Part shown: positions 16,816 through 23,691 of the stretch, piece after piece
How the letters are laid out: the number at the start of each line of letters is the position of its first letter
Position numbering within the stretch: the first letter of the stretch is position 1
Notes under the pieces: model-generated
The model's database searches: none
What the model saw: the letters and a program-made list of their open reading frames with translations, nothing else
Told to the model about the DNA's origin: nothing
Assembly (NCBI RefSeq): GCF_001462395.1
Contig: NZ_LNTB01000001.1
Coordinates: 810,001-842,000, forward strand
Source: Pyrodictium occultum
GTDB taxonomy: Archaea > Thermoproteota > Thermoprotei_A > Sulfolobales > Pyrodictiaceae
DNA: 32,000 nucleotides
Direction: 5' to 3'
Made by a program: the position numbers and the translations under genes

Positions 16816-17619
16816 CTACCCGCCCTTGGAGCCGCTGCGCTTCTCCATCCTCTTGGCCCGCCAGTAGACGGCGTGCGCCACCGCGCCTAGCGCGGCCAGC
16901 GCCGCCAGCCCGACGCCGACCTCGCGGCCTAGCTGCACGCCTGGCAGGCGGCCTCTCGGGTCGGCGGGGAGCCCCAATACCTCGTACCACTTCTTGCCCT
17001 GCTTGGCGCCGAGGCTCCTATACTTCCTGGTCACGTAGAGGTAGTGGGTGTGCCCCACGTAGTCGTTCACGTGGTCGCCGTAGACCTCGTAGCCTGCTGC
17101 ACGGTACTTCTCCACAAGCTCCCTCCACGGCCCGAACTCGAGCGCGTCGGTAGGGCAGGCCTCGACGCAGGCGGGCTGGAGCCCGTTCTGTATACGGTCT
17201 ATGCAGAGCGTGCACTTGTACACCTTGTTCGTCTTAGGGTCGTAGCGCGGCACATTGTAGGGGCAGGCCTCGATGCAGTAGCGGCAGCCGATGCACCTGT
17301 CGGAGCGTATCACCACGGCGCCCTCGGGGTGGACCTCGATGGCGTTGACCGGGCACGCCTTGGCGCAGGGCGCCTCGCTGCAGTGGAGGCACTGGTGCTT
17401 CTTGAACAGCCAGAAGGGCTCCCCGTCCTCGACGCCCTCCAGGAACTGCATTATCATCCAGGTGTTCGGGGTGAGGTCCGGCGGGTTGGTGTAGCCCTGG
17501 GGGTTGAAGCTGGTCTCCTCGGCTTTGAGCCCGTTCCACACCTTGCATGCTACCTGGCATGCCCTGCAGCCTATGCAGGTGTCCAGGTTGACTACTATCC
17601 CATACTCCGTCACGGGCAT
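16816..17619 (-). CDS. fdnH: Formate dehydrogenase beta subunit, 4x[4Fe-4S] ferredoxin-type with C-terminal TM anchor (FdnH-like)
   Basis: The track ORF is over-extended to 17832. The real start is ATG 17619 (MPVTEYGIVVNLDTCIGCRACQVACK), preceded by GGAGGTGAG. Cys clusters: CIGCRACQVAC, CLHCSEAPCAKACP, CIGCRYCIEACP and CTLCIDR...CVEACP. The C-terminal helix is VGVGLAALAALGAVAHAVYW. Confidence 0.9.
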   Translation of the reverse strand: MPVTEYGIVVNLDTCIGCRACQVACKVWNGLKAEETSFNPQGYTNPPDLTPNTWMIMQFLEGVEDGEPFWLFKKHQCLHCSEAPCAKACPVNAIEVHPEGAVVIRSDRCIGCRYCIEACPYNVPRYDPKTNKVYKCTLCIDRIQNGLQPACVEACPTDALEFGPWRELVEKYRAAGYEVYGDHVNDYVGHTHYLYVTRKYRSLGAKQGKKWYEVLGLPADPRGRLPGVQLGREVGVGLAALAALGAVAHAVYWRAKRMEKRSGSKGG

Positions 17620-17651
17620 CTCACCTCCCGGTCCGTTGGGCGGAAGAAGGG

Positions 17652-20600
17652 TTAGAGTATGGGCTGCACGCTGGGCTTCGACTGGTAGGTGTATTTCTCG
17701 GGGCTCGCCTTCCTCACCCATGCCAGGAACGCCTTGGTCTCCTGCATGGTTGTCACTATGTCGAGCAGCAGTATCGATATAGTGTTGGCTACGTCGAAGC
17801 TGTTGTGGGCGCCGCTCCAGCCCCAGTGCCACGGCACGTTTACCACGTAGACCTCCCTGCCCGCTATCCTCAGCTTCGGCATACGGTTGGTCACCAGGGC
17901 TCTCACGTATATCCTGTTGCGGTTGTTGCCCAGCTCGACAATATCGCCGCTCTTTATCCCGAGCTTCTCAGCCAGCTCGACCGGTATCTCCGCGAAGGGC
18001 TCCGGCACCATCTCGGCGAGATAGGGGACGTTCCTGGTCATTATGCCGGTGTGCCAGTGCTCCTCCAGCCTATTCTCGGTAACCACTACCACCTCGGACC
18101 CGCTGGGAGCGTACTTCTTCAGCTCCTCGTAGCTAGCCGTAATCGCCTTGTAGAGCTCTGGCATCTGCTCCGGCGGCTCTATGTAGAAGAGGTTCTCTAT
18201 CCTCCTCCACGCCAGCGCCGGGTACTCCGTCGCCAGCTCCAGGCTCGGGCTCTCGCCGGGCTCGAAGTGGAACGGGTAGTCGATGCTGTACGCCCAGACC
18301 TTGCCGTCGGGCCCTAGGGTGGCGTACCACTCGCCGTACCGGGATATTAGCTCCTTCACGCACTTCTTGTAGTTGTCGGGGCTGCCGTCGACGCAGGACT
18401 TGAACTCGTTGATGAACTTGTCGTGCACCCGGCGCCACTCCTTCCAGTCCTTGTATACTATGGTCTTGCCGTTGACGGTCTTGGATCCCTTGAAGTAGGG
18501 CTTGTAGAAGTTCGCCTTGCCGTAGTCGAGCACCAGCTCGGGGTCGTAGTAGAAGCTCTCGCACATCGGGCACTTGATTCCAAGCTCCTCCACGGTCTTT
18601 ACCTCGTAGCCGCCGCCGGGCTTCCAGAACACTATCCTGCCCACGGTCTTGCCGTAGCGTATCATAGCCTCCGGGTCGGCTGCGCCGGTGAATATGTCGG
18701 CCGTGGTCTTCTGGCTGCAGCGCTCGTTGAGGCATGTCCAGGCCCGCTTGTAGAACTTTCCTATCAGGAAGTTGTGGCCGGGTATGAACGCTGGTCTCAT
18801 CTCACCAGTCTTGGCGTCTACTATGTCGCCGGCCTCGCCCAGTATCTCGACCGTCTTGCCGTCCAGCTCGGGGCCTACAGCCCACCTGCCCGCCTCGAAG
18901 GTGAACCTGTCTTTGCGGCCGAAGGTCTTCTCTAGCGTGTAGAGGTTGTAGAGTATCCTCACGTTTCTGGGCCAGCTCCATCCCCAGTCCTTGTAGAGCC
19001 TCAGCGGCGCCTTGGCTCCAGGGTGTGTGAGGGTGCCGCTGTCCAGCAGCCCGTCGGGCTGGCCGGGCGACCGCGGTGCCGAGACCCTCCTCGCGGCCAG
19101 CACCCTATTGTGGGCCCAGTCGTACTGGCCATAGTAGAGGTCGACGGCCGCGTCTATCTCCTTGTAGACGAGTACTGGGTCTACCTCCTGGTAGTCGCTC
19201 CACGGGTACCTGTCACTGCTGTAGTTCATGTAGGGGGCTATCCTCCGCCTGTACAGCTCCACAAGAGTATCGGCCTCGGGATGCTTCACCAGCACGCGCT
19301 CCACGTGCTTGCCGTACTCCTCGCTGGGCAGCTTCGCCAGCCCAGCCCTCCTCATGTGCTCCCAGAGCTTGTACATTATCCACAGGTCCGGCTTGGCGTC
19401 GCCGGGCGGCGAGACCACGCGGTGCTGCCACTGTATCCAGCGGTTGCTGTTGGTTATGCTGCCCTCCTTCTCGTACTGGAAGGCTGCGGGGAGGAAGACG
19501 TCGGCGAACCAGGCTGTCTCCGTGAGGAAGATGTCCGAGACGACTAGGAACTTGAGCGCGGAGAGCGCTGCCATAGTCATCTTGGAGTCTGCGTCGCTTA
19601 TCGCTATGTTCTCGCCGAACAGCCACATAGCCTCAATCTTGCCGCCCAGCTTCCTAGTCCTCGGGTCATCGGGCAATAGTACGCCCATCCACCAGTTGTT
19701 CTCGGTGTAGCCCTTGTTGAAGGGCAGGTCGCTGATAACCACGCTGTCCTCGTCCCAGGGCCTGTCCTCGGGGTCGGTGCCGACGAAGATCCCCATGGAC
19801 AGCTCGTAGCGGCGCCAGTTCATGAACCACCATGACCAGAGCAGCGCCGTGCTGTTGACCGTGAGCCTGCAGTTGTCGCCCTTCTCGTCGCAGCCGCTGC
19901 ACTTCAGCCCCAGGGCCTTGCAGGTCTTCATGCTGGGGCGCCAGTTGAAGGCGTCGGGGAAGCCCTTGAGCTTCCACTCCTGGTAGGCGCGCACCTGCTT
20001 ACTGTTGGTTGGTATCTTCACGTAGCCTGGGAATATGTGGCTCAGTATGCAGAGGTCGGTGGTGCCCTGCACGTTGCTGTGGCCGCGGTAGGGGTTGAGG
20101 CCGCCGCCGGGGAAGCCCAGGTTGCCGAGGACCAGCTGGACCAGCGCGGCCATTCGGGTGTTCTGGGTCCCCACGTGGTGCTGGGTGAGCCCCATAGCCC
20201 ACTCTATGGAGGCGAACCTCTTGAAGTTTGTTGTTACACCGCTGTTCTCGACAAAGAGCTTCGCTATCTGTCTAAGCTTCTCGACCGGTATACCGGTTAT
20301 CCTCGAGACCTCCTCGGCGGTGAACCTCTTTGCTATATCCTTTATCTCCGAGATCTCCTCCAGGTCTATGTTGAACCTCTTGGCGTACTCCCTGAACGTG
20401 GGGAGCTGGTCTACGGGCGGGTTGCGCTCGTAGAACGCGTAGTGGAGAAGGTAGTACATCACGGGTATGTCGGTCCCGGGCCTGTGGAAGGCGAACACCT
20501 GGGCCTTGGAGGCTGTGCGGCCGTACTTCGGGTCGACGACTACCAGGGTGAGGGTGCCGCGCTTAATACCCTTCATCACGTGCCTCATGGAGACCGGGTG

Positions 20601-21332
20601 GGCCTCGGCGGGGTTGCCGCCTAGGATGAGGTAGACACTGATGTACTGGGTGTCGGGGAAGCTCTGAGTCTGGGCCCCGAAGCCCACGGTGCCCGCTAGG
20701 CCGGCCACGGTGGTGGAGTGGCAGCGGCGCGCATCATGGTCTATATTGTTGCTGCCGAGGAGCATTGAGATCTTCCTTATCAGGTATGCCTCCTCGTTCA
20801 GCATCTTAGCCCCGGCCATTATCATGAGCGGGTACTGGTTGCCCAGTCGGAAGTAGCAGCCCTTCCTGCTGCCGCACAGCTTCCCGTCGTAGGGGTGGTA
20901 AGAGCGCACCGCGCCAGCATTCTCCCCGAGTATCTCCTTCATCCTCCTCGCTATGTAGGCGAACGCCTCCTCCCAGGTCACCGGCTTCCAGACGGGCTTG
21001 TACTTCTCCAGCACCCTCCGGAGCTCGTTGGAGTCCCTGGCGGCGAGTATCTCCTCGGGCCGGGGCTTGGGGTTTACACGTATCAGCGGCTTCCTCGCCC
21101 GCAGCCCGTTGTAGGCGCCGAAGAGCTGGATGGAGGCCTTGCCCTTGGCGCAGAGCTTGCCCTCGTTAAGCGGGTTATCGGGGTCGCCCTCGAGGTAGAC
21201 TACCTTGTCGCCCCTCTTGTAGAATATGATGCCGCAGCCCACGCTACAGTAGGTGCAGACACCCCGGACCTCAACGGTCTCCTCGAGGTTCTTGCCCCCT
21301 ATCTCGCCGAGACGGTAGCGCTTCGGGGCCAT
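17652..21332 (-). CDS. fdnG: Formate dehydrogenase-N-type catalytic alpha subunit (bis-MGD molybdo/tungstopterin oxidoreductase), Cys-type, with large insertions
   Basis: ORF track, 1226 aa. It is collinear with E. coli FdnG as I recall it. VCTYCSVGCG is the N-terminal [4Fe-4S] site. DARRCHSTTVAGL aligns with ARVUHGPTVASL, so Cys replaces Sec. Other matches: GGNPAEAHPV, VVDPKYGRTAS, GLTQHHVGTQNTRMAALVQLVLGNLGFPGGGLNPYRGHSNVQGTTD. Confidence 0.95.
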   Translation of the reverse strand: MAPKRYRLGEIGGKNLEETVEVRGVCTYCSVGCGIIFYKRGDKVVYLEGDPDNPLNEGKLCAKGKASIQLFGAYNGLRARKPLIRVNPKPRPEEILAARDSNELRRVLEKYKPVWKPVTWEEAFAYIARRMKEILGENAGAVRSYHPYDGKLCGSRKGCYFRLGNQYPLMIMAGAKMLNEEAYLIRKISMLLGSNNIDHDARRCHSTTVAGLAGTVGFGAQTQSFPDTQYISVYLILGGNPAEAHPVSMRHVMKGIKRGTLTLVVVDPKYGRTASKAQVFAFHRPGTDIPVMYYLLHYAFYERNPPVDQLPTFREYAKRFNIDLEEISEIKDIAKRFTAEEVSRITGIPVEKLRQIAKLFVENSGVTTNFKRFASIEWAMGLTQHHVGTQNTRMAALVQLVLGNLGFPGGGLNPYRGHSNVQGTTDLCILSHIFPGYVKIPTNSKQVRAYQEWKLKGFPDAFNWRPSMKTCKALGLKCSGCDEKGDNCRLTVNSTALLWSWWFMNWRRYELSMGIFVGTDPEDRPWDEDSVVISDLPFNKGYTENNWWMGVLLPDDPRTRKLGGKIEAMWLFGENIAISDADSKMTMAALSALKFLVVSDIFLTETAWFADVFLPAAFQYEKEGSITNSNRWIQWQHRVVSPPGDAKPDLWIMYKLWEHMRRAGLAKLPSEEYGKHVERVLVKHPEADTLVELYRRRIAPYMNYSSDRYPWSDYQEVDPVLVYKEIDAAVDLYYGQYDWAHNRVLAARRVSAPRSPGQPDGLLDSGTLTHPGAKAPLRLYKDWGWSWPRNVRILYNLYTLEKTFGRKDRFTFEAGRWAVGPELDGKTVEILGEAGDIVDAKTGEMRPAFIPGHNFLIGKFYKRAWTCLNERCSQKTTADIFTGAADPEAMIRYGKTVGRIVFWKPGGGYEVKTVEELGIKCPMCESFYYDPELVLDYGKANFYKPYFKGSKTVNGKTIVYKDWKEWRRVHDKFINEFKSCVDGSPDNYKKCVKELISRYGEWYATLGPDGKVWAYSIDYPFHFEPGESPSLELATEYPALAWRRIENLFYIEPPEQMPELYKAITASYEELKKYAPSGSEVVVVTENRLEEHWHTGIMTRNVPYLAEMVPEPFAEIPVELAEKLGIKSGDIVELGNNRNRIYVRALVTNRMPKLRIAGREVYVVNVPWHWGWSGAHNSFDVANTISILLLDIVTTMQETKAFLAWVRKASPEKYTYQSKPSVQPIL

Positions 21333-21447
21333 GTAGCCGAGGGCCCTCCTAACGCTACCCGGCAGCGCGGCGAGCGTGGCAACCGTCGCGGCGGTTTTTC
21401 AGGAAGTTCCGTCTGTCCAGGCGGAGAACATGGCCCGACTGTGCCAA
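21333..21447 (-). other. Remnant or frameshifted twin-arginine (Tat) leader of the formate dehydrogenase alpha subunit
   Basis: My translation of one frame, from TTG 21447: (M)AQSGHVLRLDRRNFLK. The fdnG frame immediately continues KTAATVATLAALPGSVRRALGY-MAPKRY. The two halves are offset by 1 nt at the A5 run (T5 on + at 21395-21399). The fdnG frame has TGA just 5' of the run (21401-21399). Confidence 0.6.
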
Positions 21448-21488
21448 GGCTGGCAGGGCACCCCACGCAGCCCCTTAACATCGCTGTT

Positions 21489-21507
21489 GTTTAAAATATA
21501 TTTTCGG
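21489..21507 (-). promoter_or_regulatory. TATA-box candidate for the fdh operon
   Basis: The + strand reads gtttaaaatatattttcgg, which is aaaatatattttaaa on the minus strand. It is centred about 50 nt upstream of TTG 21447. It lies in a 190-nt AT-rich spacer (21481-21669). Confidence 0.4.
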
Positions 21508-21669
21508 TATCAGTGCCGATTTTAGTGGATAACCGGTGTTTAAGGCAGCCATCGTATTAGCGTGATAATTTAACCTATAATTCGAATCACACATAGTATA
21601 CGTTATATACGTGAAATGGGCAGCCATCACGGTGTTTTTGGAGGATTCGCGCCGGCCGCCCCCCGAGGG

Positions 21670-22455
21670 CTATGGGCTGCAGAGCCTCTCCATGTCCCTC
21701 GCAGCCTGCCTCTCGAGGTGGCGTATGCCGAGCCTCCTGTACTCCTCCAGCTCCATCCCCAGCCCCCTGCAGAGCCTGCCGCGGGGCGCCGCGGGGTCCA
21801 GGCCCGGCTCCAGAATATAGGCCTGCTTGGGGCCCAGGGGGTTCTTGGGCTCCCTGCTGCGGAGGGCCTCCCTCGTGTTTATGTGGGCAAACGCCAGCGG
21901 GCTTGAGGCGAGGAGCCCGGAGCCTACGAGGACCAGCCTCTCGGCCGCCCTGGCCGGGTCGCTGGCGCGCAGCTCGCCGCGGAGCCTGCAGAGCCGCCCC
22001 AGCACGCCCGGGAGCCTCTCTACCAGGCTCCAGCTCATAGCCGCCGCCAAGGTGTCCAGGTAGCCCCCGGCGTGGAGGGGGAGCGCCGCCTCCGCCCCCG
22101 CCTCCTCCATGAACGCCTCCAGGCCCCGGAGCACCCCCGGCTCCAGCCAGGGCATGTCGCCCGGCGCTACCAGGAGCACCTTGCCCCGGAGCCCCCCGAG
22201 CCCTGCCAGCGCGGCGGCGGGGCCGCCGCAGCCGAGCCACGGGGGGTCGTAGATGCAGCCGTCGAGCCCCGCGGCCTCGGTGTAGAGGCGGCACCTCTCC
22301 CCGCTCCTGGTGGCCGCGTAGACGAGGCTTGCGCCCGCCTCCCGGAGCGCCTCAGCCACCCTGGCTATGGAGACCTCGCCGTCGACGAGGGCTAGGAGCT
22401 TGTCGCCCCCGAACCTCCTCCCCTCGCCCCCGGCCAGCACCAGGCCTATCCTCAT
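21670..22455 (-). CDS. mobA: Molybdenum cofactor guanylyltransferase MobA with C-terminal extension
   Basis: Track ORF starts at 22473; the ATG at 22455 gives [21 protein letters not shown] (LAGG.G.R.G.DK motif). [11 protein letters not shown] is the P.D.P region. About 60-70 aa extend beyond a typical ~200-aa MobA. Confidence 0.8.
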   Translation of the reverse strand: MRIGLVLAGGEGRRFGGDKLLALVDGEVSIARVAEALREAGASLVYAATRSGERCRLYTEAAGLDGCIYDPPWLGCGGPAAALAGLGGLRGKVLLVAPGDMPWLEPGVLRGLEAFMEEAGAEAALPLHAGGYLDTLAAAMSWSLVERLPGVLGRLCRLRGELRASDPARAAERLVLVGSGLLASSPLAFAHINTREALRSREPKNPLGPKQAYILEPGLDPAAPRGRLCRGLGMELEEYRRLGIRHLERQAARDMERLCSP

Positions 22456-22859
22456 CCCTTGCGCGCCCCACACTCCACCTCAACCACTACCCGATCGCCG
22501 GGGAGGAGGGGCTCGAGGCGCCTGCAGGCGACCAGCTCCAGCACCCGTGGCCCGTGCCGGCTGAGGAGCGGGCGGATAAGCATAGCCTCCACGCTGCCCT
22601 CCCGCGTCCTGACACGGGCCCTCCAGGCATAGACGGCGCCCAGCCTCCTACCCTCCCAGATGGTCTCGGGGATGACGAGGGGCTCGCACTCCCCGGCCAG
22701 CTGCCTCCAGTCGACGCCAGCCTCTATGTTCAGGGTGCCGGGGAAGGGCCTGCAGCCGAGGAGCCGCTCGAACCACCCGCTGTAGTAGGGGTGGGAGACG
22801 TAGCGGCCGCCCTCGCCGAAGCCCGGGGCCCTCCTGCCCTCCACCAGCCTAGAGCCCAT
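22452..22859 (-). CDS. ribK: CTP-dependent riboflavin kinase, archaeal type (MJ0056 family)
   Basis: ORF track, 135 aa. [34 protein letters not shown] matches the archaeal RibK G.GEG.Y......Y...F...LGF.P..GTLN pattern. [11 protein letters not shown] is the H....E..A segment. Its stop overlaps the mobA ATG (ATGA at 22455-22452). Confidence 0.75.
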   Translation of the reverse strand: MGSRLVEGRRAPGFGEGGRYVSHPYYSGWFERLLGCRPFPGTLNIEAGVDWRQLAGECEPLVIPETIWEGRRLGAVYAWRARVRTREGSVEAMLIRPLLSRHGPRVLELVACRRLEPLLPGDRVVVEVECGARKG

Positions 22860-22892
22860 CCAGCTGCCCCGGAGGAGCCCGGGGACGAGAGG

Positions 22893-23649
22893 CTAAGAAG
22901 ATAGCCTAGTGCCCCAGGGGCGGCCCCGGCCATAGAAGCCGCCTTGGCTGCCCCGAGCCGCCGGCATACCCCCGGGCCCCCGCCTCCCCGAGGCCGCGTA
23001 GAGGGCGAGGCCTGCGAGAAGGCCGGCCAGGGCCAGGGGCTCCAGCCCCCAGAGCCCCTGGTAGGGGTCCTCGAAGCGGAGCACGAGCGTCCCGCTGCCC
23101 GACGGGACGCGGACGAGGATCACGTTGGCCTCGGCATCCCTCGCCAGGGGGACCGGCGACCCGTTGAAGTAGGCCCTCCAGTGGGGGTACCAGGCCTGGC
23201 TCACCAGGAGCCAGGCAGGCTTATCGGGCTCCACGCTGAACTCTATCAGCCCGTCGCCGACGTGCATGCCCGACACATGAAGCCTGGGCGGCCGGTAGAA
23301 CGCGTACACCAGCTCCCCCAGGAACTCCTCCTCGGCCCTGCTGTGGCTGTAGAGGCGTGGTAGAACATGTTAAGCGAGACAAAGACGGCCAGCCCCCTGC
23401 CCGCCCTCCTCGCCGCCACCACGGGGGTCCCGTTAGCCTCCAGGAGCACGGAGTTCCAGGACCCGCCGCTGTAGACCGTGGCGACCCATGCGTCTCCCTG
23501 GTAGCTGTACTCGGCCTCCCAGCCAGCGGCGCCGGGCACCGAGCTCGGCGGGCTAGATATCGCCGGCCCTGGAGGCGGGGGAACCCGGCGCCGAGGTAGC
23601 TGTGGGCGAGGAGGAGAGCAAGCAGCACAGCCGTGGAGAGGAACACCAT
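22893..23649 (-). pseudogene. Frameshifted secreted/membrane-anchored protein, third paralogue of the extracytoplasmic domain found in the two wHTH membrane proteins
   Basis: Three overlapping track ORFs in three frames. 23649 starts with signal peptide MVFLSTAVLLALLLAHSYLGAGFP. The next frame reads GWEAEYSYQGDAWVATVYSGGSWNSVLLEANGTPVVAARRAGRGLAVFVSLNMFYHA. The last frame reads LYSHSRAEEEFLGELVYAFYRPP...WYPHWRAYFNGSPVPLARDAEANVILVRVPSGSGTLVLRFEDP...LEPLALAGLLAGLALYAASGRRG. The first junction is at the G5 run 23577-23581. The second is near 23350-23362. Confidence 0.5.
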
Positions 23650-23691
23650 GGTCTATAACACGTCCTCCAGCCTGCCCCGCTGGCACCGCTC

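Noticed and set aside
17620-17832. 71-codon N-terminal extension of the beta-subunit ORF (track start 17832)
   Set aside because: It overlaps the end of the alpha-subunit gene. An ATG with a strong GGAGGTGAG ribosome-binding site at 17619 gives the canonical ferredoxin N-terminus.
21399-21431. ATG 21431 in the fdnG frame with an in-frame TGA (21401-21399), read as selenocysteine or read-through (MFSAWTDGTS-U-KTAATV...)
   Set aside because: The peptide before the TGA lacks any Tat or other recognisable feature. The neighbouring frame gives a perfect DRRNFLK immediately before the same A5 run. The active-site position is Cys (ARRCH), so there is no sign of Sec usage. A 1-nt indel explains the data better.
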